Assembly: GCA_964016885.1 (NCBI GenBank)
Contig: CAXHJY010000157.1
Coordinates: forward strand, 62,001-126,000
DNA from: Eledone cirrhosa
Lineage: Eukaryota
Reading direction: 5' to 3'
Length of the DNA stretch: 64,000 nt
Below the pieces are notes generated by a model, which was given only the letters and a program-made list of their open reading frames with translations, had not been told where the DNA came from and did no database searches. Positions 28,053-41,625 of the stretch are shown here, in pieces (position 1 is the first letter of the stretch; the number at the start of each line of letters is the position of its first letter). The position numbers and the translations under genes were made by a program.

Positions 28053-29633
28053 TTAAACCTTATTTAATGTTGGTCTATATTTTTGAATAAACATATGTTC
28101 CTTATGTATTCGCATTTGTTCTGTTGTATTGTTAGCGCAAAGGTAAAATGGGAAGACTTGGAATTTGGGTGTCTTATTACTTGCACAAATGTCTAGATAT
28201 GCACTTAGTGGTATCTGTCTCGTGGTTGGATCTCGTAATTGTTGGCGATGAACTGTCATTCTGTTTCTGAGTGTGAGTTTAGTTTGTCCTATATAATCTT
28301 CATTGCATCCTTTACATTTAATGGCATAAATTAGATTTTTTGATGAGCAAGTGAAGTGATTTTTTACAGTAAAATTTTGTCCTGATTTAAATGTATACGT
28401 GTTGCCTTCAATGAGGTGAGTGCAGGTTCCACAATTAGAGCGACCACATTTTTTGATACTTGGTTGTGGGTTTGTGGTAGGTAATTTGGCATTGGTGAGT
28501 AATGTTTTCAGTGATTTTGGTTGTCTTTTGCTTTTGATTATTTTGTGTGTTTCAAGGGCTTTTTTCATTCTTGGGTTTTGTTTTAGTAGTGGGATGTTAT
28601 TGTGAATAGTGTTGTAAGCTTCCGCATTTCTTGGGTTGTGTGTTGAGATATATGATAGAATATTGGACGTACCTTGAATTTGTTTCTGTTTCCGTAATTC
28701 ATCAATGCCTATTGCTTTAGCCCTTTCTATTCCATTATTTATTAGTAATAGTGGGTACTCTCTCTCAAGTAGAATTTCCTTTAATTCTTGAAGTCTTTTA
28801 TTTCGCGTTTCATAATTGGAGACAATTGTGCAAATTCTTCTTGCTAGGTTAAAAGGAATGTTCGTCTTCGTGTGCTTTGGATGGTTGGAGGTGAATATCA
28901 GGTATTGTTTGGAATCTGTTGGTTTGTAGTGTATGTCAGTTTCGATATTTGTGTCTTTTTTTGTGATTAAGATGTCCAGAAATTGGAGTTGATCTTGGCT
29001 GTATTCCATTGTGAATTGGATGTGGTTATTGATGCCGTTTATTAAGTTTTTGAAATCCTTCAGTTGGTCGAGTGTGTGGGACCAAAGAATGAGGCAATCA
29101 TCCAAGTAGCGTTTCCAATTCTCTGATAAATATTTGTGGAAGTTCAATCCGTATTTTGATTTGGACTGTTCATATATCTGGACTTCTAAGTATGCCATGA
29201 CTAAGTTGGCATAAGTTGGAGCGGCTTTTGTGCCCATCGGAGTCCCCGATATTTGCTTGTAAGTACTGCCATCGAAATCAAAAAAGTTGTTCTGTAGGAT
29301 GAATTTTAATCCCTCGGTGATGAAGCTTTTTTCTATTCTGTCAGGTATCTCATTGGGATATTTCTCTAGCCAGAATCCTATTGCTTCTAGTCCGTATTGG
29401 TGTGGGATCGTTGTGTAGAGATTCACTACATCGAAAGACACAATAATAGTGTCGTTGTTGACATGTTTGGGAAGGTGGTTTAAGAGGTCCAGATCGTCTG
29501 TTACAAGGCTTGGTATGTGTTTCAGTATTGGTTTCAGTAGTATGTCTATAAAGTTGCTCAATCTGTGTGTTTCACATTGTGGGCCCGCTACAATTGGTCT
29601 TAATTTAAGGTCTGTGGGGTATTGTGTGTTCAC
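28053..29633 (-). CDS. PLE reverse transcriptase + GIY-YIG endonuclease (N-terminally truncated; frame continues to about 29690)
   Basis: LRPIVAGP, SFDVVNLYTTIP, QISGTPMGTKAAPTYANLVM, RYLDD, FLDI, YKPTD, CGRSNCGTC, LIYAIKCKGCNEDYIGQT; no stop in 526 aa. Confidence 0.93.
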   Translation of the reverse strand: MNTQYPTDLKLRPIVAGPQCETHRLSNFIDILLKPILKHIPSLVTDDLDLLNHLPKHVNNDTIIVSFDVVNLYTTIPHQYGLEAIGFWLEKYPNEIPDRIEKSFITEGLKFILQNNFFDFDGSTYKQISGTPMGTKAAPTYANLVMAYLEVQIYEQSKSKYGLNFHKYLSENWKRYLDDCLILWSHTLDQLKDFKNLINGINNHIQFTMEYSQDQLQFLDILITKKDTNIETDIHYKPTDSKQYLIFTSNHPKHTKTNIPFNLARRICTIVSNYETRNKRLQELKEILLEREYPLLLINNGIERAKAIGIDELRKQKQIQGTSNILSYISTHNPRNAEAYNTIHNNIPLLKQNPRMKKALETHKIIKSKRQPKSLKTLLTNAKLPTTNPQPSIKKCGRSNCGTCTHLIEGNTYTFKSGQNFTVKNHFTCSSKNLIYAIKCKGCNEDYIGQTKLTLRNRMTVHRQQLRDPTTRQIPLSAYLDICASNKTPKFQVFPFYLCANNTTEQMRIHKEHMFIQKYRPTLNKV

Positions 29634-29692
29634 GCAGGCTGAGGTGGATTGTTTACAGGCATCGTTGATTATTTTACATTTGTGGATCTCAC

Positions 29693-29736
<44 letters not shown>

Positions 29737-29797
29737 CTAAAACGATGCTACACAAGTTTGAATGGCATCGAAACAGGAAGCATTAATCAGGAAGACT

Positions 29798-29976
29798 AAT
29801 AATTGTTTCTACTTTAGGCACAAGGCCAGTAATTATCTCAGTGCATTACTGGTACTTTATTTTATCGAACCCGTAAGAATGAAAGGCAAATTTAATCTCG
29901 GCGGATTTGAACTCAAAACATAAAGGGACGTAACTATGCTGGAAACCATGGCGTCCGACCCTCTACCGATATTGCC
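29798..29976 (-). mobile_element. tRNA-derived SINE, family 1
   Basis: Reverse complement of the family pattern. Confidence 0.85.
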
Positions 29977-30429
29977 TAAAGAATAATAATGGTTTCTAAA
30001 CCAGACACATGGACAGCCATTTGGAGAAAGGAAACGTCGATGAAATCGAACTCAGTATTTGATGGGTACTTTAATTTATCTGCCATGCAAGGAAAAGAGA
30101 TATATTCGGTTAACGAGTTTTAAACCCAAAACTATAAACAAAGCAAGTTAATAAAACGAAAGTGGGAAAATAATTTTTTAAAAGTTGAAATCAGTTAGAG
30201 AGGAGAAAAATTTAGTAAAGTGAATTCTTATCTCAAGAAATTATATAATAATGACAATAAATTAATTTACAATTATAAAGAAAGTAGAAGAATCTACGTA
30301 AAATAGTTTTCTGACGTTATGGAATGCACTAGATTGCTACTCAATTACTGTATTGGGGAAAAATTTAGAGAAACAAATTTTGTTGCAACATTTTAGGCGG
30401 AGACTATGACAGACAAATGACTTGCATGC

Positions 30430-31425
<996 letters not shown>

Positions 31426-31789
31426 GTGATAAAATATATACATGTGTGTGTGCGGCACGCGTGTGTGTATCTGTGTGCGCGTGTATATGTGCATGTATGC
31501 ATGCAAAGTCCCATAACTCCTGAGGGAGTCGTAGGGGAGCCGTACTGACATACCTGTTTCTAAAGCACTTTTAAACCTGGCGGAGCCCAATCCTCTGTAT
31601 GTCCGAATCTATATATAAATTGCGAGCGATTTCCGTGAGTCACACAATGTGTGTATGTGTGTATCTGTGTGTGTGTGTGTGCGTGTATGTGTGTGTGTGT
31701 GTAAATGTAATGTGTGTGGGGGGGGGTGTAAATGTAATGTGTCTGTGTAAATGTAAATCTTGTTTGCAATTATGCAAACAGCCTCTTAA

Positions 31790-32075
31790 ACTATGTGAGT
31801 AGAACAATATCAGAACATCGTCATTCTTGCTCTTGTGTTGGCATTTATGCAGAACGACAGACACAAATATTTCTGGGTCATTACCCATCATCAATACCAT
31901 ATACTGTTTACGTGCCAACTGTCAGAACTAGAGAAAATATATGATATTTTCTGGAATATACACTGACTGATCGGCCTGATTTGCATATTAGCAAACTGCC
32001 TGATCAGTCAGATCTGCATATTAGCAGACCCACTGATCAACAAGATTTGAATATCAGCAGGTAGGCCAGTATAGT
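31790..32075 (-). mobile_element. pLTR-like fragment with HHR (31854-31900, core TTGATGA), same family as 43647-44320
   Basis: Stem II GGG/CCC, GUC triplet; about 30-bp CTGATCAG..TGCATATTAGCAG subrepeats shared with 43965-44075. Confidence 0.65.
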
Positions 32076-32147
32076 TTTGTGTATGAATTGGGGCCCAGAA
32101 CCCAAAGAAAGAAACTTGAGTACCTGTTTATGACACTGTTGTAATTA

Positions 32148-32183
<36 letters not shown>

Positions 32184-32186
<3 letters not shown>

Positions 32187-32262
32187 CAGAGTATAACAGT
32201 TTTAATATAGATGAGATTCTACAGGACTAGAACTGTTTCATTCATTAGAAATCATCAGGAAT
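32184..32262 (-). ncRNA. About 80-bp insert consisting of an HHR and its 3' tail between (TA)n tracts
   Basis: ATTC-CTGATGA-TTTC TAAT GAAT-GAAA-CAG ttctagtc CTG-TA/GAAT; family also at 43501-43560 and 50547-50625. Confidence 0.8.
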
Positions 32263-32266
32263 ATAC

Positions 32267-32389
<123 letters not shown>

Positions 32390-32754
32390 TATGAGAAAGA
32401 GAGAGAAAGAAATAGATACATAACAATTTTCTATGGGGTATATAATCTACCCTTATATCTATGGTGCTGATGCATTTTAAAAATATAGGCCATTTAAAAA
32501 TACACTCACGCACACACACGCATATGTATATATATATATACATATATATATATGTGTGTATGTGTGTGTGTGTGCCTCTGTTTGTATTTGTGTATTTTTA
32601 AATTGCTTATATTTAAAAATGCATCAACGCAGTGGGTTACATACCCCATGGAATAGGTAACAGAAGTTACGTAGTTATGTATATATGTACCGTATATATA
32701 TACACACACACATATATATACATACACACACACACACACATATATATATGTATA

Positions 32755-32874
<120 letters not shown>

Positions 32875-32982
32875 CATCTATATACATATATATATACATA
32901 TATATATATATTTATATATATAAGTATATATAATATATAGGTATATTTAAATACATATACCTATATATATATAAATACACGG

Positions 32983-33023
<41 letters not shown>

Positions 33024-33024
33024 C

Positions 33025-33067
<43 letters not shown>

Positions 33068-33110
33068 GACGAAACATAAGTCAATTGCATGAACTCATAA
33101 TCCTTTATTT

Positions 33111-33166
33111 ACTGCTATATATATTTCGATGATAGCCATTGAATGGCTATGACCTCATCAGGCAGT
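33111..33166 (-). ncRNA. Type-I HHR in a short insert (33066-33230) between (TA)n tracts
   Basis: ACTGC-CTGATGA-GGTC ATAGCCA ttcaa TGGCTAT CATC-GAAA-TATATA-TA/GCAGT. Confidence 0.8.
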
Positions 33167-33230
33167 TAGTCAGATCTTAGATATGCCAGCTCTGTGTGTA
33201 TAGTGTTGATGGTATCAGAGCCTTGGGACA

Positions 33231-33330
<100 letters not shown>

Positions 33331-33382
33331 TATATATATATACATGTATATATATGTATATATATATATATATACGTATATT

Positions 33383-33476
<94 letters not shown>

Positions 33477-33775
33477 TGATTCTTAATGCGATTTAATACC
33501 AATGATGGATGGAAAATCACTGACGAAGGACTATTTTTATCATATGTAACCCATGTGCAAACCACGCAGTATCCTTCTTTCTTCTCATGTTTTATATATA
33601 TATATGTATATATATATATATACATATTTTGACTGCTGTTTCGTCTCATTCTGACGTCACCAGCCATGTTCTCCATGTGTATTTATTTTCATAATTCCGC
33701 ACGAGGTGAACTAGCCTGCTTTTAAATTCCCTTTCTGGCATATTTTAGCAGTAGGTTTTGCTTATCGTGTTTTGA

Positions 33776-33855
33776 GCTCTACTGATGAAGACTCCAACCT
33801 TGACTAATTCCTCTGAAAAGTTTCGTGAAATAGTCTTTTTAAGACTATATAGAGC
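33776..33855 (+). ncRNA. Type-I HHR with a true 8-bp stem III; stem II poorly paired
   Basis: GCTCTA-CTGATGA..GAAA-TAGTCTT ttt AAGACTA-TA/TAGAGC. Confidence 0.6.
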
Positions 33856-34087
33856 ATTTGTAGTTTTTCCAAATTGAAGGATGAGTATTTAAACTTTATT
33901 TTTTCCCTCGATTTCACAAAATCTGTGGATAAAATTTCTCTCTTGATTATTTTTTTGATTGAGTTGGAATTATTTTCTCATATCTTACGTTAAATATTTT
34001 CCATTTTGACGTTATAGTCACCTATATATTATAAAATATATTATGAAATACTGTTGGCTTCTTGCTCACATTAATTTCTCTATTTTC

Positions 34088-34136
<49 letters not shown>

Positions 34137-34155
<19 letters not shown>

Positions 34156-34318
34156 TCTATGTGTGTAAACATACGTACATGTAGTTATACATACATATAT
34201 ACTTATGTATGTATGTAATATATATGTTCACGAAAACTAATGCTTATTCTACAGCAGTCCATCATTTTCTTTATTAACACATTGTATTAGCGCATTTCAA
34301 TTCTCTTAAATACACACA

Positions 34319-34376
<58 letters not shown>

Positions 34377-34382
34377 GAGAGA

Positions 34383-34478
<96 letters not shown>

Positions 34479-34648
34479 TGTGTATTTAAGAGAATTGAAA
34501 TGCGCTAATAAAACGTGTTAACAAAGAAAATGATGGACTGCTGTAGAATAAGCATTAGTTTTCGTGAACATATATATTACTTACATACATAAATATATAT
34601 GTATGTATAACTACATGTACGTATGTTTACACACATAGCTCTATTTTA

Positions 34649-34653
<5 letters not shown>
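34137..34653. repeat. Inverted repeat, about 190-bp arms around a (CT)n(TA)n(GA)n spacer
   Basis: 34137-34340 is the reverse complement of about 34455-34653 with a few mismatches. Confidence 0.9.
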
Positions 34654-34737
<84 letters not shown>

Positions 34738-34740
<3 letters not shown>

Positions 34741-34990
34741 CATAAAACATGTCTATAGAATCGCCAGCTAAAATATATACCGTTTCCTCTCCCAATTAGT
34801 ATAATTAACCATATAAAAATCAATTAGACCAAGCTATAAGAATAAAGGCTCCTATGAAGAAATCTCCGACAAGTAACCGAAAGTATATATTTTATCTGGC
34901 GATTCTATAGACATGTTTTATGATATATATCTCTGATTATTTAATTTATTAATTCTTCATTGACCTACAAAGTGACCCGTTGCAAAACAC
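34738..34990. mobile_element. Short fold-back element related to the 48713-49301 palindrome
   Basis: CATAAAACATGTCTATAGAATCGCCAG inverted at about 34896-34922; downstream TTCTTCATTGA..AAGTGA..GTTGCA shared with 49340-49375. Confidence 0.65.
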
Positions 34991-35037
34991 ATATATATTT
35001 ATGACTTCATATATATATATATATATATGTAAACCTC

Positions 35038-35074
<37 letters not shown>

Positions 35075-35134
35075 ATATATATATATATATGTGTGTGTGA
35101 TTGTGTGTGTGTGGGGGGGGGGATGTTTGTGTGA

Positions 35135-35178
<44 letters not shown>

Positions 35179-35266
35179 GCAAAAGTTCTATTTAAATTGT
35201 TGGGATACAACAAGCAAATATTTTTATAACTGATATAAACCACTCAACAAGTATTTGGAGTAAACA

Positions 35267-35350
35267 TACGATATTAACAAATGGAAACTATATTTATAAA
35301 ACCATAAAATAAATATGGTTTTATAAATATAGTTTCCATTTGTTAATATC

Positions 35351-35352
<2 letters not shown>
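35267..35352. repeat. Perfect hairpin (about 39-bp arms, 7-nt loop) next to (TA)n
   Basis: ACGATATTAAC..AAACCATA aaataaa TATGGTTT..GTTAATATCGT. Confidence 0.9.
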
Positions 35353-35385
<33 letters not shown>

Positions 35386-35889
35386 CTTAATTCAAAATAT
35401 TAACAAATATAGACATTCGTGTCATCAAGTGTATTTTATTATACATATTTCAAAGGTACTGAGCTGTCTTCAACAGTATGTCCTCATCAGATAAAATAAG
35501 ATGATGCATGACATACCCTGACTAAATAGATGGTTAAAATTCAGTCATGGCAGTGAATAAGATATGACAAAACTCAATATTTATATACCTTAAGATTGAG
35601 ACATGAGAAAATTACATATACTACAGAGGGTGCGTGTGAGAAAGCTTATAAAGATACATAATAATAAACAACTACTAATATAATATAAACCTACATAACT
35701 GTTAGAGATTCAAATAATTTAAATTATTGAAGAAAGAAGAAGTGAAGACAGAGAGAAAAACAGAAGAGGAAAAAAGAGAATGACTAGAAGTATAGAATTA
35801 TCTTATGCACGAAAGCAAAAGAAAATTGATTAAGGATAGAGAAAGGAGGAACAAATAAATGTTTATAGTATAAGTATAGGGTTAGGGTT

Positions 35890-37445
35890 TGATTGCTACA
35901 GATGCTGGAGGAGCAAACCATATAACTGATTTAGTTCTATTTTTCCCCGATTTATTCACGGTATTGGTATTTATATTTATATTTAAATAATTTTTAAAAT
36001 CTAGTTTATTTGTGTTAGTCTTATTTTATCTGGATTATAATTTAAATTAGTATTATCTATATATTCAATATTATTTTTATAACCTGCCTTATGTAGCGCG
36101 TCATTATAGTATCCTGCTTTTTCCTCAAATATGGAATTGTTAGCGGATATTCTAGTTATGCGTTTCTGTACACTATGGACTATTGCATTTTTCACGGATT
36201 TAGGGTGATTAGAGTAATAGCTAACGTAATTTAAGTTTTCATTGGACTTATGGAAAAGGTAATAAACTATTTTTGTACTACTTTCAACTTCTAATTTAAG
36301 GTCGTAAATTTTAAAGAATTCAATTATAGTTTTCTTAACCCTATTTAGTTCTGTATTGCTATGCTTGACAAATCTAAATAAAATATCGTCCCTATAAAAA
36401 ACTACCGGTAATCTCCGGCAGTTTTCTATTTACCATATTTAGGATAAAAATACAAAGAAGATCGGTAACCTGCACAGAGTCCGATGATCCCATGGTAATG
36501 TCAAAGTTTCTATTCCGATCTGAACGGGTCCAATACTCATTGTTAAAATTAATTAGAGTTCTTCTAGCAGTTAATATGATATTGATTTCATCTGCATTTA
36601 GATCTGTATGTTTGTAAGCATAAGACAAAGCCTTATTTAATAGGTTAGGTGTAATACAAGAATAATAACTTGCTATGTCCATTTGAATGAATTTGTGATT
36701 TTTCTTATATTCTATATTTTTAAACCAGTCAATTACTTCATTAGTGTCCTTCCATAAGCTCAATTTTGACTTCAATTTCAGAGTTAGTAAAATTCTGTCA
36801 ATAATATTCTTACTGATTACTCCAATATCCCATTTAGATGGAGCTATTAGTCTAACGGGCAGGTCTTACTCAAAGTTTCTCTTGTGATCCTTAAAATTTA
36901 TCCTCGGCTGTCTAGGTATAAAAGGCTCTGTTCTTCCTTCAATTCCAAGTTTGGCTATTAATTTAAACGCGTCATTATTGATGTCTATAAGATCTTCGGC
37001 CGGGGCTTTTCTGTAATTTTTTCGCAGTTCTTTTAAAATTAAATCATTATATTCAGTTTTATCCATCCCATATAAGGTGTTGGTTTTGTCTGACTTAACC
37101 AATATTTTATTAACTTTTTTAAAATCCAAGATTTGTTCCTTCAGAGTTCTAAGGTATGGTGACCTTTCGATGGGGTTTTCTTGAATTTAATCTTCTTTAG
37201 TATATTAAGCATTTCGGTTTCAAAATCCTCCAGGAGTGTGTTGTATGGAGGATTTTTTCTAGATTTAAAGATGGTTTCGAAATAATTGTTGTTGCTTTTC
37301 CTTTTTGCTTCTTTGTTTTCGAAATGAAATGCACGCCATCTCACTCTTCTTATAAAATATTTGTGTTGCTCAATGAGCTTCCTCGTGTATTCCTCATTCG
37401 ATGGTATAGGTACATCCTTGAGAGATGTTGGGAACGTGAAGAATT
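35890..37445 (-). pseudogene. Degenerate PLE ORF (N-terminus and RT; GIY-YIG deleted)
   Basis: SLKDVPIPS..RVRWRAFHF, KSDKT, FKDHK, WKDTNEVIDWF, FIQMDIASYY, FDITMGSSDS, VIWFAPP; stops and deletions. Confidence 0.85.
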
Positions 37446-37488
37446 CAATTAATTATTAAATTTGTAATCTATTGTAGAGAAAGCGCTC

Positions 37489-39423
37489 AACCTGCTGGGA
37501 GCTAGGTATGTTTAAAGGTTAAACAAGGTTCAATGAATAAATCAATGAATAAAGTTTTACAATAGATTAGAAGCAATCCACAGAAATGGTTTTCCGGAGT
37601 TATTAATATTAGTTCAAAATATTAAGAAATATAGACATTCGTGTGATCAAGTATATTTTATTGTATAACCCTAACGATAACTCTAACCCTAACACTAACA
37701 CTAACCCTAAACTGCTGAGAGCTAGATATATTTAAAGGTTAAACAAAGTTCAATGAATAAATCAATGAATAAAGTTTTACAATAGATTAGAAGCAATCCA
37801 CAGTTATGGTTTTCCGGAGTTATAAATATTAGTTCAAAATATTAACAAATATAGACATTCGTGTGATCAAGTATATTTTATTATATAACACTAACACCAA
37901 CACTAACCCTAACCCTAAGCCTAACCCTAACCCTACACTAACCCTAACCCTAACCCTAATCCTAACCCGAAACCTAAAACCAACCCTAGCCCTAACTCTA
38001 ACCCTAACCCTAACCCTAACCCTAATCCTAACCTGCTAGGAGCTAGATATATTTAAAGGTTATACAAGGTTCAATGAATAAATCAATGAATAAAGTTTTA
38101 CAATAGATTAGAAGCAATCCACAGATATGGTTTTGCGGAGTTATTAATATTAGTTCAAAATATTAACAAATATAGACATTCGTGTGATCAAGTATATTTT
38201 ATTATATAAAACTAACACAAACCCTAACCCGAACCCTAACACTAACACCAACACTAACCCTAACCCTAACCCTAAACCTAACCCTAACCATAAACCTAAC
38301 CCTAACCCTAACCCTAACCCTATCCCTAACCCTAACTCTAAGCCTAAGCCTAAACCTAACCATAACCATAACCATAACCCTAACCCTAACCCAAACCCTA
38401 ACCTGCTGGAAGCTAGATATATTTAAAGGTTAAACAAGGTTCAATGAATAAATCAATGAATACAGTTTTACGATAGATTAGAAGCAATCCACAGATATGG
38501 TTTTCAGGAGTTATTAATATTAGTTCCAAATATTAACAAATATAGACATTCGTGTGATCAATTATATTTTATTATATAACCCTAACCCTAACCCTGACCC
38601 TAACCCTAACCCTAACTCTAACCCTAAACCTAACCCTAACCTAACCTAACCCGCTGGGCGCTAGATATATTTAAAGGTTATACAAGGTTCAATGAATAAA
38701 TCAATGAATAAAGTTTTACAATAGATTAGAAGCAATCCACAGTTATGGTTTTCCGGTGTTATTAATATTAGTTCCAAATATTAACAAATATAGACATTCG
38801 TGTTATCAAGTATATTTTATTATATAACCCTAACCCTAACCCTAACCCTATCCCTAACCCTAACCTGCTGGGAGCTAGATATATTTAAAGGTTAAACAAG
38901 GTTCAATGAATAAATCAATGAATAAAGTTTTACAATAGATTAGAAGCAATCCACGGTGAATGGTTTTCCTGAGTTATTAATATTAGTTCAAAATATTAAC
39001 AAATATAGACATTCGTGTTATCAAGTATATTTTATTATATAACCCTAACCCTAAACCTAACCATAACCATAACCCTAACCCTAACCCTAACCCTAACCTG
39101 CTGGGAGCTAGATATATTTAAAGTTTATACAAGGTTCAATGAATAAATCAATGAATAAAGTTTTACAATAGATTAGAAGCAATCCACAGTAAATGGTTTC
39201 CGGAGTTATTAATATTAGTTCAAAATATTAATAAATATAGACATTCGTGTTATCAAGTATATTTTATTATATAACCCTAACCCTAACCCAACCCAACCGC
39301 AAACCTAACCCTAACCCCAAACCTAACCCTAAACTTAACCCAAACCCTAAACCCTAACCCTAAACCTTAACCCCAACCCAACCCTAACCCTAACCCTAAC
39401 CTTAACGCTAACCCTAACCCTAA
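37489..39423 (-). repeat. Array of seven about 176-bp PLE 5'-leader units, each followed (on +) by a variable (CCCTAA)n telomeric-type tract
   Basis: Units start about 37491, 37711, 38032, 38402, 38651, 38864, 39097; tracts about 45, 146, 195, 75, 39, 56, 150 bp. Confidence 0.95.
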
Positions 39424-39554
39424 TAATCTGTATTTATTTAAGATATGATTAATGTTGGATTAAGGGTTCTACATAAACATATAAACTGTTAACATGATCT
39501 TTTGATGATTATGTATATCATTTGATTGTTTAAATACATTTAATTTTTCGGGGT

Positions 39555-40585
39555 TTATTGTATTTTTAAATTATATAGCTTATATGTTTGACTATTATAT
39601 GGAATCGTAAACCATTCATTTATTTATTTTGAATATGTTGTTTTAAGATTCAAGATGTTTGATTTATATATTTATGGTATATGTGTCGTACACGATCCTA
39701 GTCGACTAATTTTTCCACTTAACTTGATGTAAAACTTTATTTATAACACTATTAACAGTAATTGTATTTATTATATGTATATAATTGACTAATATCGTCT
39801 TAAACTTTAAACAGTATACTCTGTATGTATTTAGACAAATGTGTATATCTAGTTTAATAATATCCGTTTTAAGTACATTTATATGGCCTTTGGATACTTA
39901 GGGCATTCTAGTTTTATAATTGTTAATTATTTTCTAAATTATATAATGATTATTTTTTAATAATCTTTTTATATAATTAAATTTGGATTACCTTTGGGTT
40001 GATGAAAATCTTAAGTCTTTTCTTTTTCATGTTTGCAAACACATTAGATATGATATTATACTATAATAGAAATCCTTTAAAATTGTCTTGTATTTTTTTA
40101 ATTATATAGCTTATATATTTGACACGTATAGGATCGCAAACCATTCATTTATTTATTTTGAATCTGTGTTTTATGATTCATGAAGTTTGATTTGTATATT
40201 TATAGTATATATGTATTACATGATCCTAGTTGAATAATTTTTTTTTAATATAATACTTGACGTAAAACTTTATTTTTAACACTATTAACAGTAATTATAT
40301 ATATTATATATAACTGACTAATATCGTCTTAAACTTTAAACAATGTACTCTTTGTATAAACTTAGACAAATGAGTATATCTAGTTTAATAATATCCTTTT
40401 TAAGTACACTTATATGGCCTTTGGATACTTAAGGGCATTCTAATTTTAATTTTAAATTTATAATTGTAATTATTTTCTAAATTATATAATGATTATTTTT
40501 TAATATAAAACTTCTTTAATATAAAAAAATGTTTTTGTTATAATTTAATTTGGATTACCTTCGGGATGAAGAAAATCTTAAGTAT
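39555..40585. repeat. Diverged tandem duplication (about 520-bp period) of AT-rich sequence inside the PLE
   Basis: 39560-40015 resembles 40090-40585 (AAACCATTCATTTATTTATTTTGAAT, TATGGCCTTTGGATACTTA, TTTGGATTACCTT). Confidence 0.85.
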
Positions 40586-41584
40586 ACTATAATATAAATA
40601 CTTATACATTTTATAGTCAGAAATCTTATGTCTTTAGATTAATTCACTATTTCTAACTAACATAAAGATTCGAAATTTAACGGTCATCCGGATGCGCTGG
40701 GATATATATATAATTGATTAATTGGCTATTTCTTATTAACTTAAGGATTCGAAAATAAACCGTCATATAACTACACCCAGATATATATTTGATATTTGAT
40801 TAATTGATTATTTCTAGATAATTTAACGATTCGAAATTAATCATTCACAAAGCTATGCCCGAATATATATTTATATATATATATATTTGCATCATCTAAT
40901 TATGCACTATTTATGAACGACAATACAAATCTCCCTCCCTATGTGTTATACTATAAAAATTTATTTTTTCCTCCTTTCTCTATCCTTAATCAATTTTCTT
41001 TTGCTTTCGTGCATAAGCTAATTCTATACTTCTAGTCATTCTCTTTTTTCCTCTTCTGTTTCTCTCTCTGTCTTTCACTTCTTCTGTCTTCAATAATTTA
41101 AATTATTTAAATCTCTAACAGTTATGTAGGTTTACATTATATTAGTAGTTGTTTATTATTATGTATCTTTATAAGCTTTCTCACACGCACCCTCTGTATT
41201 ATATGTAATTTTCTCATGTCTCAAACTTAAGGTACATAAATATTGAGTGTTGTCCTATCTTATTCACTGCCATGACTTAATGTTAACCATCTACTTAGTC
41301 AAGGTATGTCATGCATCATCTTTTTTATCTGATGAAGACGTACTGTTGAAGATAGCTCTGAAATATGTATAATAAAATATACTTGATCACACGAATGTCT
41401 ATATTTGTTAATATTTTGAATTAATATTAATAACTCCGGAAAACCATAACTTTGGAGTGCTTCTAATCTCTTGTAAAACTTTATTCATTGATTTATTCAT
41501 TGAACCTTGTTTAACCTTTAAATATATATATATATATTTATCTAAATAAAGGATTATGAGTTCATGCAATTGACTTATGTTTCG

Positions 41585-41625
<41 letters not shown>

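Larger units (their letters stand above)
35385..41525 (-). mobile_element. 6.1-kb rearranged PLE bounded by inverted pLTRs (35385-35875 and about 40940-41525), each with an HHR, flanked by (TA)n
   Basis: Inverted terminal regions; HHRs at 35432-35498 (-) and 41323-41377 (+); degenerate RT ORF and telomere-interspersed array inside. Confidence 0.85.

Noticed and set aside
38184-38426. NP-repeat protein ORF
   Set aside because: Translation of (AACCCT)n
37489-39423. CRISPR array (constant repeat with variable spacers)
   Set aside because: Repeats are about 176 bp, spacers are telomeric hexamers, no cas genes, eukaryotic context
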